A stretch of 64,000 nt of DNA from an uncultured Gammaproteobacteria bacterium (GTDB lineage: Bacteria; Patescibacteriota; Microgenomatia; UBA10105; UBA927): positions 17,501-81,500 of the forward strand of contig CAYGFH010000003.1 of assembly GCA_964349125.1 (NCBI GenBank), given 5' to 3'. This document shows, piece by piece, positions 1 through 8,647 of this stretch (position 1 is the first letter of the stretch; every line of letters begins with the position of its first letter). A program made the translations under genes and the position numbers. A model generated the notes under the pieces. It saw only the letters and a program-made list of their open reading frames with translations, was not told where the DNA came from and searched no databases.

Positions 1-3000
1 GTAACGCTCGGGACACAGGCACACTCAGAGTATTGAAAAATGTGGACTTGAACGGTGACGGCGATTATACAGATCAGGGAGAAACAGGAGCCACCAATTG
101 GGAATGGCAGGCAAATACATCAACATTCACCGGTATGACAGGAGATACAGCGATCACAGTACCTACCGGCACATACGCACTCACGGAAACGATGAAATCA
201 AACTTTCACTTTGTCAGTTTACAGTGTACCGGAGGAACTTTGACAGATAACAGCGTCGCAGTCACCACAGGCGCAACTGTCGTGTGTACATTTACAAACG
301 CTCGAGACACTGGGACGATACAGGTGGTCAAAGATGTAGATCCAAATGACAGTGGTGCAACAGGGTGGAATTTTTCTATCTCAGGAGCAACGGCGAATAC
401 AGCAAACGATCTTCAGGATGAAGAAAGCTCCAGTGTATTTACATCCATGACAGGTGCATACACAATCACCGAATCAGCACACACCGGCACAAATGCAGAT
501 CATTATGACACCACTTATAGCTGTGTTGACGGAGATCTGGTGGTTGCGACTGGCAGCGGGATGACCACAAGCGAATTTGCGCTTCAAACAGGCAAGAACA
601 TCGTGTGTACATTCACAAATACTTTGAAGCGCGGCACGATCATAGTTGAAAAGCAGATGGTTGGTGGCACAGGAAGCGCCCAGTTCACAGGTGATGTTGC
701 AGGAACCATCGTGACCAACGGCGGCGAGATACAAACATCAAATATTCTTCCGGGTACATACACCTCAGTTGAATCAGCTATGACTGGATGGGACCTGACT
801 GCACTTTCCTGTGATGATGGGAGAAGCACAACGCCCAGTACCACCGATATCCAGACTCGAACCGCAACATTTAAGGTCGATCCGGGCGAAACTATCGTCT
901 GTACATTTACCAACACCAAGCGCGGACAGTTAACTGTGTACAAATTCACAGATCCGCAAACGGATACCACAACAGCATTTGATATCACCGCAACGGGATC
1001 AGGTACCATTACAGCTCCCGCTGGTCGTACAATCACCGGAGGGTCTTCACAAGTCTATGAAGTGACACCGGGATCATACTGGATATCGGAATCAGTCGAG
1101 GCCGGATGGGCACAGACTGGCAACACATGTGTCAATGTATCTGTGGCTGCAGGAGCATCTGAAAGTTGTACCATAACCAATACGAAATTAGGCAACGTCA
1201 CAGTCGTCAAATATCATGATGAAAACGCCGATGGAGTGATGAATGGTGCTGAGGCAACATTGAATGACTGGGAGATGGTATTAAACGGCACCATGAATCA
1301 ATGGACCGGAGCTCAAAACGAAGGACAGGTTACATTTAGTGATCTGATGCCGGGAAACTACACGCTGAGTGAATCACTGCAAGACGGGTGGTATCAATCA
1401 AATATTGCCTGTGGTCAGGAAACGGGTACGGATGCTGACAATTCTCATACAGTAGTATTGGGTGCGGGAGAGAACATTACCTGCTACGTAGGCAATTATC
1501 AAAGCGGTTCAATCGTAGTAACGAAGCGGGTGGTAAATCCGGATGGTGGCGAGGTTGTCGATACATCCACCGAATTCCCATTTGCAGTCGGCGGCAGCTC
1601 GGATACTCCGACTCTTACCGATGATGAGTCCCATACATTTGTTGTGGCTCCGGGACTTCACACAGTTACTGAAACGACAAATGAAAATTATGATTTCGTC
1701 GGATGTTCCGAAGGAATTGCAGGCGATACATTTGCCGGCACCACTGTGACAGTGACGAGCGGCCAGACAGTAAACGTAGACTGTACGAACAAACAAAAGA
1801 AAGCGACAATCACAGTCGTAAAAGATGTGGTGAAGTATGACGGATCGACTGTTGATGATACCCATGAGTTTGAAGTTACACTGGATGGCATAGCAAAACC
1901 GTTTGCGGAAGGATCAAACGCTGTCTATAGTGTCAATCCGGGTACCTACTCAGGTATTGAATCAGCAGATCCCGCGTATACACTCGTAACAAATGACAGT
2001 CCTGCAACAGTATCATCTAACGGCACTGCCACAATTACGATAGTAAATCGACAAAATCCTGGAACAATTTCAGGATATAAATTTAAGGCTGACGGTGTAA
2101 CTGCGATTGCAAATTGGCTCGTGGAACTGTGGAGCTGTGCATCTGATTTCACAGGATGTGTCCTTGGAGACAGTACGACCACAAATGAGAACGGCTTTTA
2201 TAGCTTCACAAATCTTGTGACCGGATTTTATAAAGTCATGGAAGAATTGGTGAATACCTACACACCGGTTGGTGTGACTGAGTATGATCAACAGATCAGT
2301 CCGGGTACTGTGAGTGAAAACAACAACTTCGCAAACTTCAAAAATATAGATATCACAGCATGTAAGGTCAAGGATGCCGATGCGGATCTTGAAACCACAC
2401 AAGATCAAACTACTGTTTCATCATGGGATATGACACTTATTGTCGATGGCGTGGCACAGGAAACGTCCTATCCCACCGGTAAAGATGGCTGTTATACCTG
2501 GGAAAATCTGGGTCCCGACCATACCTATGGCGTGTCTGAGGAGTCCCGATCAGGATGGGCTGCGCTTGGTGATACCTCTGTTTCTTTTGGCGAACCAGAA
2601 GACGGCGTAAATGAATCCCACACGTTCTACAACACAGAGCTTGGGAGTATCCACGGTATGAAATGGCATGACATCAATGGAAACGGACAGCAGGATGAAA
2701 TTGGCACAGTCTTAAGTGGGTGGATGATAAATTTGTATAAAGACAATGGCGAATCCTATGAACTTGTAGACACCATGGATACAGACAGTGGCGTGGATCA
2801 CTATGGATGGTATTGGTTCGAAGATTTGTACCCGGGAAAGTATCGGGTGTGTGAAGAAAATCAATCAGGCTGGTCACAAACGTACCCGACACTGAACAAT
2901 GGCTGTCATGATGTGACATTGCCGGACGGTAACTCGGGTGGATTCCCTGAGGTTCAAAATGCGACATTTGGCGCAACATATAATTTTGGCAACCAGGAGC

Positions 3001-3995
3001 ACGGCATGATTCGTGTGTACAAATATGACGATGTGAACGGAAATGGCCAAAAGGATGAAGGCGAAGAGTATTTGAGCGGTTGGGAAATGAATCTTTCTGA
3101 TGGCGAGTCCCAAACAACACAAACGACCGGAGAAGATGGCTTTACCGACTTTGAAGACCTTGTGCCGGGAGCCTACGTGCTGAGCGAAACGCTTGAGCAG
3201 GGTTGGAACCAGACCGGTATTTCCTGCCAATCAAACCAGACACGTATTGATCGGGATTCACAGCTGACACTTGGGGTAACGCGCGTTCACGCTCAGGAGG
3301 AGACGAATAGTGAAAACATCGATCTGGATGCAAGTGAAACCGTGACCTGTGAGGTGGGAAATCAATACATCCAGCCTAAATTGTTAATCGAAAAAACAAA
3401 TAATGCTGCCGGAGATAAAGCACCGGGATCTGATGTCCAGTTTACGCTTACGATCACAGCTGTGGATAATGATGTACTTGGCGTCTCGGTCAGAGACTTG
3501 CCATCCAAAGGGTTCGCGTATCGGTCAGGCAGCTGGTCTGCAAAGAAAAACGGTGTACCGTTTGCCGTCAGTGAGCCGACGTATGCATCTCCAGGAACAT
3601 GGACATTGGGGGATATGAACGTTAATGACGTTATTGAACTCATATACACTGCAGATATTGCGACAGACCAGCAATCAGGAACGTACCGCGATCTGGCATG
3701 GGCAGCTGGCACAAATGTACTCTCAGATGAAGTTGTGGCAAATGATGAAACAGGCGTATTTGTAGGTACAGATGTGACGGTAGTACGGGGAAATGATGCA
3801 TCCACTGGAGTCAATGTTGTTACAGAAAAAACAGGAGAGGTATTGGGAGCATCGACAGAGCTTCCATCCACGGGAGCTTCACAATTCTGGCTTGGAGTAT
3901 CCGGTATTGGCTTGATGCTTGGTATTGCCAGTATGCTCTACGGGGCATCACTGAATAAACCGGCAAAGAAAGGAAAGAGGAAACTCCATGCGTAA
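1..3995 (+). CDS. Giant repetitive cell-surface adhesin, 5' end cut by the window edge. It has about 11 tandem Ig-like (Cna B / SpaA / prealbumin-like) domains plus a DUF11-like domain, and ends in an LPSTG sortase sorting signal.
   Basis: The frame is open from nt 3, and the upstream residues NARDTGTL match the internal repeat motif CTFTNARDTGTIQVVKD, so the gene continues 5' of the window. A recurring unit (CTFTN..G.I.V.K...G.Y...E...GW) appears about 11 times. The C-terminus is ELPSTGASQF followed by a hydrophobic helix and a KKGKRK tail, which is the tripartite cell wall sorting signal. Confidence 0.7.
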   Translation, partial: NARDTGTLRVLKNVDLNGDGDYTDQGETGATNWEWQANTSTFTGMTGDTAITVPTGTYALTETMKSNFHFVSLQCTGGTLTDNSVAVTTGATVVCTFTNARDTGTIQVVKDVDPNDSGATGWNFSISGATANTANDLQDEESSSVFTSMTGAYTITESAHTGTNADHYDTTYSCVDGDLVVATGSGMTTSEFALQTGKNIVCTFTNTLKRGTIIVEKQMVGGTGSAQFTGDVAGTIVTNGGEIQTSNILPGTYTSVESAMTGWDLTALSCDDGRSTTPSTTDIQTRTATFKVDPGETIVCTFTNTKRGQLTVYKFTDPQTDTTTAFDITATGSGTITAPAGRTITGGSSQVYEVTPGSYWISESVEAGWAQTGNTCVNVSVAAGASESCTITNTKLGNVTVVKYHDENADGVMNGAEATLNDWEMVLNGTMNQWTGAQNEGQVTFSDLMPGNYTLSESLQDGWYQSNIACGQETGTDADNSHTVVLGAGENITCYVGNYQSGSIVVTKRVVNPDGGEVVDTSTEFPFAVGGSSDTPTLTDDESHTFVVAPGLHTVTETTNENYDFVGCSEGIAGDTFAGTTVTVTSGQTVNVDCTNKQKKATITVVKDVVKYDGSTVDDTHEFEVTLDGIAKPFAEGSNAVYSVNPGTYSGIESADPAYTLVTNDSPATVSSNGTATITIVNRQNPGTISGYKFKADGVTAIANWLVELWSCASDFTGCVLGDSTTTNENGFYSFTNLVTGFYKVMEELVNTYTPVGVTEYDQQISPGTVSENNNFANFKNIDITACKVKDADADLETTQDQTTVSSWDMTLIVDGVAQETSYPTGKDGCYTWENLGPDHTYGVSEESRSGWAALGDTSVSFGEPEDGVNESHTFYNTELGSIHGMKWHDINGNGQQDEIGTVLSGWMINLYKDNGESYELVDTMDTDSGVDHYGWYWFEDLYPGKYRVCEENQSGWSQTYPTLNNGCHDVTLPDGNSGGFPEVQNATFGATYNFGNQEHGMIRVYKYDDVNGNGQKDEGEEYLSGWEMNLSDGESQTTQTTGEDGFTDFEDLVPGAYVLSETLEQGWNQTGISCQSNQTRIDRDSQLTLGVTRVHAQEETNSENIDLDASETVTCEVGNQYIQPKLLIEKTNNAAGDKAPGSDVQFTLTITAVDNDVLGVSVRDLPSKGFAYRSGSWSAKKNGVPFAVSEPTYASPGTWTLGDMNVNDVIELIYTADIATDQQSGTYRDLAWAAGTNVLSDEVVANDETGVFVGTDVTVVRGNDASTGVNVVTEKTGEVLGASTELPSTGASQFWLGVSGIGLMLGIASMLYGASLNKPAKKGKRKLHA

Positions 3996-4977
3996 TTTTG
4001 TCTCATCACTATCTGCAATTTTCGTTTCACTCGTGCTTTCCGGCACAGTGTATGCGGCCGTACCTAATCTGAGTATCAGGTTGCAGCAACCGAAAACACC
4101 AACGAATATTTCGGACCTCAAAATCACAGTGGTCACATTGGACCGGTTAGACAGAAATGTAACAGTAAAGTGCTATAAAAAGGGCCCATCAGACGGTTCG
4201 TTCAGCCAATTTGGATCCGATATGGTGGTTATTCCCGGTGGAAACAGTGTTACCTGTGATACAAATTCGGGCATCATGAATACGAACGGTACATACGAGT
4301 TTCAGGCCACTGCACAGGCAGATGCCGATCTGGAAACCAGCCCCATTGTCTCCGTGTCTTACAACACGAGCGGCCCGGGGACACCAGTTAATTACGGCAA
4401 AGAGCGGATGAATGTGTGTGACTATAAAATCAAATTCAGAACCGCTGATGATTCTGGGAAAACAGTAAAAGTAGAAGTATACCGCTCTGAGAACACATCA
4501 TTTGACCTGAATAACGGCTCCCGGGTGGACACCATTGTGATCGGTTCGAGCACCGATGGGCAATCCGTCACCACACCACCGCAGTGCGATAAAGACTACT
4601 ACTTTGCGGTGCGCGCTTTTGATACAAATGGAAACGGATCGGGCGCGGTGGGAGATAGTGTCATAAAAACAACCACTACGACCACAACCACCTCTACAAC
4701 AACGGGCGCAGCGTCAGGTGCTTCCGGAACATCAGGTGGCGCTTTGGCTTCCGGCAGTTCAGGAAACGTGCTCGGACGCCAAACTGAAGTGGATGCTGAC
4801 ACAACAGGCAGTGAAGGCGAAGTAAAAGGAGATGCGACTCCAAGCGCAACGCCAACGGCTGAAGTTGCCGAATCTGAAGAAAAGCCGCCATACGCAAAAA
4901 CTATAGCAATTGTTGCAGGCATTATCCTATTTGGTATATTGGCATTTCTGTTTCGAAAAAAGCCAACCGTACAGTAA
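3988..4977 (+). CDS. Secreted surface protein with two Fn3/Ig-like domains, a Thr-rich linker, and a C-terminal YAKT motif followed by a TM helix and basic tail. It is a putative sortase substrate.
   Basis: The N-terminal signal peptide ends in VYA-AVP. There is a TTTTTTTSTTTGAASGASG linker. The C-terminus is PPYAKTIAIVAGIILFGILAFLF-RKKPTVQ. The start overlaps the upstream stop by 8 nt. Confidence 0.5.
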   Translation: MRNFVSSLSAIFVSLVLSGTVYAAVPNLSIRLQQPKTPTNISDLKITVVTLDRLDRNVTVKCYKKGPSDGSFSQFGSDMVVIPGGNSVTCDTNSGIMNTNGTYEFQATAQADADLETSPIVSVSYNTSGPGTPVNYGKERMNVCDYKIKFRTADDSGKTVKVEVYRSENTSFDLNNGSRVDTIVIGSSTDGQSVTTPPQCDKDYYFAVRAFDTNGNGSGAVGDSVIKTTTTTTTTSTTTGAASGASGTSGGALASGSSGNVLGRQTEVDADTTGSEGEVKGDATPSATPTAEVAESEEKPPYAKTIAIVAGIILFGILAFLFRKKPTVQ

Positions 4978-4982
4978 AAACT

Positions 4983-5597
4983 GTGAAGGTTTCTTCTATG
5001 CGCACTGCCCGTATGTTTATAGCTGTCGGTTTTGTAGTATCTGCACTCTCTCTTGGTATCTTGCTACTCACGTTTTGGCCTGTCTTGAAGGTTGAATTCG
5101 GATATGTAGCCAAGCAGGCCGGGATCCAGTTATCGATAACCAAACCACCCAAAGACATTGTCCCTATAGATCCTGATTTTGGGATCGTTATTCCAAAGCT
5201 TGGCGCCAATGCCAAAATTATCCCAGACGTGAACCCTTATTCCGAATCAGCCTATCAGAGGGCACTCTCAAAGGGCGTAGCACATGCCAGAGGGACCGTC
5301 TATCCTGGAGATGTGGGAAATGTATTTTTATTTGCGCATTCATCGGTTGATTTTTATGAGGCGCTCCGGTTTAATTCTGTGTTTTATCTTATCTCAAAGC
5401 TAGAGAAAGGAGATGAAGTAATTCTTTATCATAACTCCCATAAATTTGTTTACATAGTAACCGAAAAACGTATAGTTTCATCGACCGCAGTCGAGTATTT
5501 ATCGCGCGAAACTAAAAACAAGCTGCTTACTATGATGACGTGCTGGCCACCCGGTACAACCCTGAAACGATTGGTTGTACAGGCTGAGCTTCGATAG
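4983..5597 (+). CDS. Sortase family transpeptidase
   Basis: An N-terminal TM anchor is present. The catalytic His sits in VFLFAHSS. The TLxTC-type active-site motif LLTMMTCWPPG is followed by a conserved Arg (KRLVVQ). Confidence 0.75.
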   Translation: MKVSSMRTARMFIAVGFVVSALSLGILLLTFWPVLKVEFGYVAKQAGIQLSITKPPKDIVPIDPDFGIVIPKLGANAKIIPDVNPYSESAYQRALSKGVAHARGTVYPGDVGNVFLFAHSSVDFYEALRFNSVFYLISKLEKGDEVILYHNSHKFVYIVTEKRIVSSTAVEYLSRETKNKLLTMMTCWPPGTTLKRLVVQAELR

Positions 5598-5715
5598 TGC
5601 CTCAAAACTGCATATTCTTATATTTGTGCTTAGAGTATGTGTTCACTGTATACTGCCTTCTCGTGTATATAGATATATATCTTTTATTCTATATATTGAT
5701 TCCAATTTATATATA

Positions 5716-5744
5716 TTGACATATTTGTATACACATGTTATTAT
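5716..5744 (+). promoter_or_regulatory. Sigma70-like promoter, TTGACA-17nt-TATTAT, inside an extremely AT-rich intergenic island (5598-5787) upstream of the PT-rich surface protein gene.
   Basis: TTGACA at 5716-5721, a 17 nt spacer, and TATTAT at 5739-5744. A GAGGAGG Shine-Dalgarno sits at about 5768-5774, ahead of the ATG at 5788. Confidence 0.4.
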
Positions 5745-5787
5745 AGGCTTAATATAAACCCCTGCCGAGGAGGTTTGTTTTTTTTAT

Positions 5788-6456
5788 ATGAACAAAACTA
5801 ATCTGAAAATCTCAGCCTTGATTGGAGCTATCTTGGCGGTCGCGACTATGGTTTCGACAAACACACCAGCTCAAGTTGCTGCAGCAGTTGATAAAATTCT
5901 TTGGTGTCATTGTGAACCAAATGGTAATTGTCAAACGCTTGAACTTCCCTCCGCAGCATTGCAGAATGCCGGACATATGGATGCAAGTGGGAATCCACTT
6001 CATGCAGGTGATTCAGCTGGCTCATGCCCGGATATTTCTCCAACTGTGACACCTACCGTGACACCAAGCGTGACGCCTTCTGCTACACCAAGTGTCACAC
6101 CATCACCGACACCGGTCGATGAATGTGATAGTGAAAAGGAATGCGAACCAACACCTACTGTGACTCCAACAGTGACGCCGGTTCCTACAACTCCTCCGAA
6201 TACCGGAGGACCGGGAGATGGTAAATCAGATGGAAGATCTGACGGCCGATCAAGTTGCCCAGAATGTACACAGGCGCCAATTGGTGGCGGTCAAGTACTC
6301 GGAGCATCAACAGAGGGTCAGGTCTTGGGTGCATCAACTGACTATGCCAAAACAGGTGGCACAGTGAATATGCTCATGAACCTACTCGGTTCAGTCGGAG
6401 CATTTTCAACTGCATCAGGTATCGCAATGATTCTAAAGAAAAAAAATCAAATCTAA
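5788..6456 (+). CDS. Secreted Cys-rich surface protein with a Pro/Thr-rich stalk and a C-terminal YAKTGG motif followed by a TM helix and KKK tail. It is a putative sortase substrate.
   Basis: A signal peptide is present. The stalk contains (TPTVTPSVTPSATPSVTPSPTP) repeats. The C-terminus is DYAKTGGTVNMLMNLLGSVGAFSTASGIAMIL-KKKNQI. Confidence 0.5.
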   Translation: MNKTNLKISALIGAILAVATMVSTNTPAQVAAAVDKILWCHCEPNGNCQTLELPSAALQNAGHMDASGNPLHAGDSAGSCPDISPTVTPTVTPSVTPSATPSVTPSPTPVDECDSEKECEPTPTVTPTVTPVPTTPPNTGGPGDGKSDGRSDGRSSCPECTQAPIGGGQVLGASTEGQVLGASTDYAKTGGTVNMLMNLLGSVGAFSTASGIAMILKKKNQI

Positions 6457-6480
6457 ATTGCTTACATAAGTACACAAAAA

Positions 6481-6505
6481 GGAGTCTGGAAACAGACTCC
6501 TTTTT
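6481..6505 (+). terminator. Rho-independent terminator (GGAGTCTG-GAAA-CAGACTCC followed by TTTTT)
   Basis: A perfect 8 bp GC-containing stem with a GAAA tetraloop is followed by a T-run, directly after the stop of the 5788-6456 gene. Confidence 0.55.
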
Positions 6506-6538
6506 GGTAGTATAAGGCTGTATACTAAATATATAGTT

Positions 6539-7105
6539 ATGAAAAAAAAGCGCGGAGATATAAACCGATCTCATTCTTTACTTTTTCCTTACACACTCCT
6601 TGCCCTGGGAATCTGCTTACTGACACTGTGGGGTACACATGTGTATTTTCGAACACGATCATTGACGTTAAACGAAGCCATATTGGCTACCCTTGAGCAA
6701 GCACCACAACATGCTGAGCTTCCTGTTCGCATCCATATTCCATCAATTACCACAGTCGATATAGTGAGAGCAGGGAAGATCAACGGTGAATGGACAATCT
6801 CAGAACATGCTGCAAATTTTGTGATGCAATCAGCAACGCCCGGAACACCCGGGAACTCCATTATTTATGGTCATAATACATACAATATTTTTGCAAACCT
6901 GATTCGCACCAAACGAGGTGATCGGGTCACCGTATACATGTCAAACGGCACTATACTCACCTACACTGTCGTTGACATACAGGAGGTTACACCGGACAGG
7001 ACAGACCTGTTAAAATCCACGGTCACTGAGGTACTTACCATATATACCTGCTCAGGGTGGTTGGATAGTAAACGATTCGTCCTGCGTGCCGTTCCTACGT
7101 TGTAA
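6539..7105 (+). CDS. Sortase family transpeptidase (second paralog)
   Basis: An N-terminal TM segment is present. The His is in IIYGHNTY. The active-site motif is VLTIYTCSGW, with a downstream Arg (VLRAVP). Confidence 0.75.
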   Translation: MKKKRGDINRSHSLLFPYTLLALGICLLTLWGTHVYFRTRSLTLNEAILATLEQAPQHAELPVRIHIPSITTVDIVRAGKINGEWTISEHAANFVMQSATPGTPGNSIIYGHNTYNIFANLIRTKRGDRVTVYMSNGTILTYTVVDIQEVTPDRTDLLKSTVTEVLTIYTCSGWLDSKRFVLRAVPTL

Positions 7106-7195
7106 TACTGAGAGAGGTCCGACATCACCAGGACCCGGTAACTTCGACACATATTTTCTGGAATGAAGAGGCTCTTGTGAGGTATACTACGATGT

Positions 7196-7711
7196 ATGGA
7201 GTACGGCGTTTTTATACTTGTCCAGATTTGTTTTGCGATATACCTCGTGTACTACATAATTGCATTTCTCTCCGGCGCACCGTACGTACCATCCACAAAT
7301 CCGACATCTGACTCCATGATCCGACTTGCGCGCCTTTCTTCCCGAAAACGCGCATATGATCTTGGTTCAGGTGACGGCAAGCTGTTACCGCGCATCGCAG
7401 CTACAGGAGCTCACGCAATTGGTATAGAAATAAACCCGCTGTTGGTGCTGTTTAGCACTATACGGTCCTGGTTGTCTCCCTACAGAAACTCCATCTCAGT
7501 CAGATGGGGCAGTTTTTGGGCGACAACATTTGCCGATGCGGATGTTGTATTTGTATATCTGTTACCGCTTCGTATGGAAAAGTTGGAAAAAAAACTGGCA
7601 AAAGAATGCAAAAAAGGCACAATCGTGGTTTCCAACAGTTTTTTGTTTCCACATTGGAAAATCCTGCGTCAAGACACTGTGAACCACGTATATGTGTATA
7701 AAATAGCATGA
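7196..7711 (+). CDS. Small membrane-anchored class I SAM-dependent methyltransferase
   Basis: An N-terminal hydrophobic helix is followed by the SAM-binding motif I, YDLGSGDGKLL, and then AHAIGIEINP. Confidence 0.45.
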   Translation: MEYGVFILVQICFAIYLVYYIIAFLSGAPYVPSTNPTSDSMIRLARLSSRKRAYDLGSGDGKLLPRIAATGAHAIGIEINPLLVLFSTIRSWLSPYRNSISVRWGSFWATTFADADVVFVYLLPLRMEKLEKKLAKECKKGTIVVSNSFLFPHWKILRQDTVNHVYVYKIA

Positions 7712-7743
7712 GGCAAGAGTGGTAAACTTGACCCATATGCCAC

Positions 7744-8331
7744 GTGCGATACAATCAGGCTATGGAAACACAATTTGACGGACAACAGGAAGGTGAGCGG
7801 ATACTCTACACGGTACATGAGCACCCGCTGACAGCATACATATCCTATGTGACAATCATTGCCGTGGGGCTTTGTATTTTCGCCTTTACCGCACTTATTT
7901 CCTCCACATTTCCCGATGCTTCGACACTTGTGTGGGCGATTGGTATTCTATTTGGACTACTCGAGCTTGCAGTAGGTGTCCTGTGGACGAAACGTCATCA
8001 TGAACAGTCTGTCGCATATATCACAGACCGGCGCATTATGAGATTTGAAGCTGTATCGCCGTTTTTTGTAGCCAAAAGAGCACTATTCTGGAATGAGGCG
8101 CTGAAAGCCAAGGCAGTCACGAAAAATATTTTTTGGAAGCTCCTGAACATCGGGATGGTCGTCGTGGAGACCCAGGTTCCTGATCAGGGCGAAGTACGGT
8201 TGGGGAATGTGTATTACTATGACGATCTGGTGAATTATATAGATAAAATTCTGTTTTTGTTTAAAAATTCGCCAAGGGAAATTTCTTCACTTAAGCCATT
8301 TGTCCCCAAACCAAAAGGGAAACGGGATTAA
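7744..8331 (+). CDS. Membrane protein with a bacterial PH-like (bPH_2 / YdbS-like) domain
   Basis: Two TM helices are followed by an ITDRRIMRFE...VETQVPDQGEVRLGNV region typical of bPH_2 domains. This is a weak assignment. Confidence 0.35.
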   Translation: MRYNQAMETQFDGQQEGERILYTVHEHPLTAYISYVTIIAVGLCIFAFTALISSTFPDASTLVWAIGILFGLLELAVGVLWTKRHHEQSVAYITDRRIMRFEAVSPFFVAKRALFWNEALKAKAVTKNIFWKLLNIGMVVVETQVPDQGEVRLGNVYYYDDLVNYIDKILFLFKNSPREISSLKPFVPKPKGKRD

Positions 8332-8355
8332 CCAATTTTCCCACCAGCACAATCC

Positions 8356-8384
8356 TTGACCCGACAGAGCTGTCGTCGTATACT
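8356..8384 (+). promoter_or_regulatory. Sigma70-like promoter TTGACC-17nt-TATACT for thrS
   Basis: TTGACC at 8356-8361, a 17 nt spacer, and TATACT at 8379-8384, about 260 nt upstream of the thrS ATG. Confidence 0.45.
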
Positions 8385-8390
8385 ACAGAT

Positions 8391-8647
8391 AATCTTTTCG
8401 ATTGTCCGCCTTCGGCGAGACAGGCATGAGGAGTCACTACCCTCACAGAAAAGCGCGCAATCTGCGAAGTGATTGATATTGAGATCACCGAATTTCAGAT
8501 GGAACCGCCCCGAAAGGAGCTCTGAATGACTGGTGATTTTTTTGATGGTTGCTTGATAGGCGAATTCTGATTCGCGAATCTAGAAACCATCAATCCAGTG
8601 AGGTACACCGAACTGGAGTCATTGTATTAATACAGTAAGGGGGTACT
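8391..8647 (+). promoter_or_regulatory. Long structured thrS 5' leader with a terminator/attenuator hairpin (8482-8543) followed by U7. It is a candidate Thr-specific T-box riboswitch.
   Basis: An extended imperfect hairpin runs AGATCACC...TTCAGA...TCTGAA...GGTGAT and is followed by TTTTTTT. Its 5' strand contains UGGAACCGCC at 8500-8509, which resembles the T-box antiterminator core UGGNACCGCG. An ACC (Thr) triplet lies in a candidate specifier region near 8435. Confidence 0.35.

Noticed and set aside
474-3871. Many 60-170 aa ORFs antisense or out of frame within the giant adhesin gene (e.g. 474-734, 584-1036, 2674-3120, 3362-3871)
   Set aside because: They lie entirely inside a 1320 aa repetitive sense ORF with clear domain structure and an LPXTG signal. 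They are low-complexity frame artefacts of the repeats.
4670-4700. ACC/ACA-rich near-repeat (accactacgaccacaaccacctctacaacaacg) that could look like a phase-variable simple-sequence repeat
   Set aside because: It is in frame and encodes the Thr-rich linker TTTTTTTSTTT of a surface protein. It is not a perfect homopolymeric or short-unit tract, so slipped-strand phase variation is unlikely.
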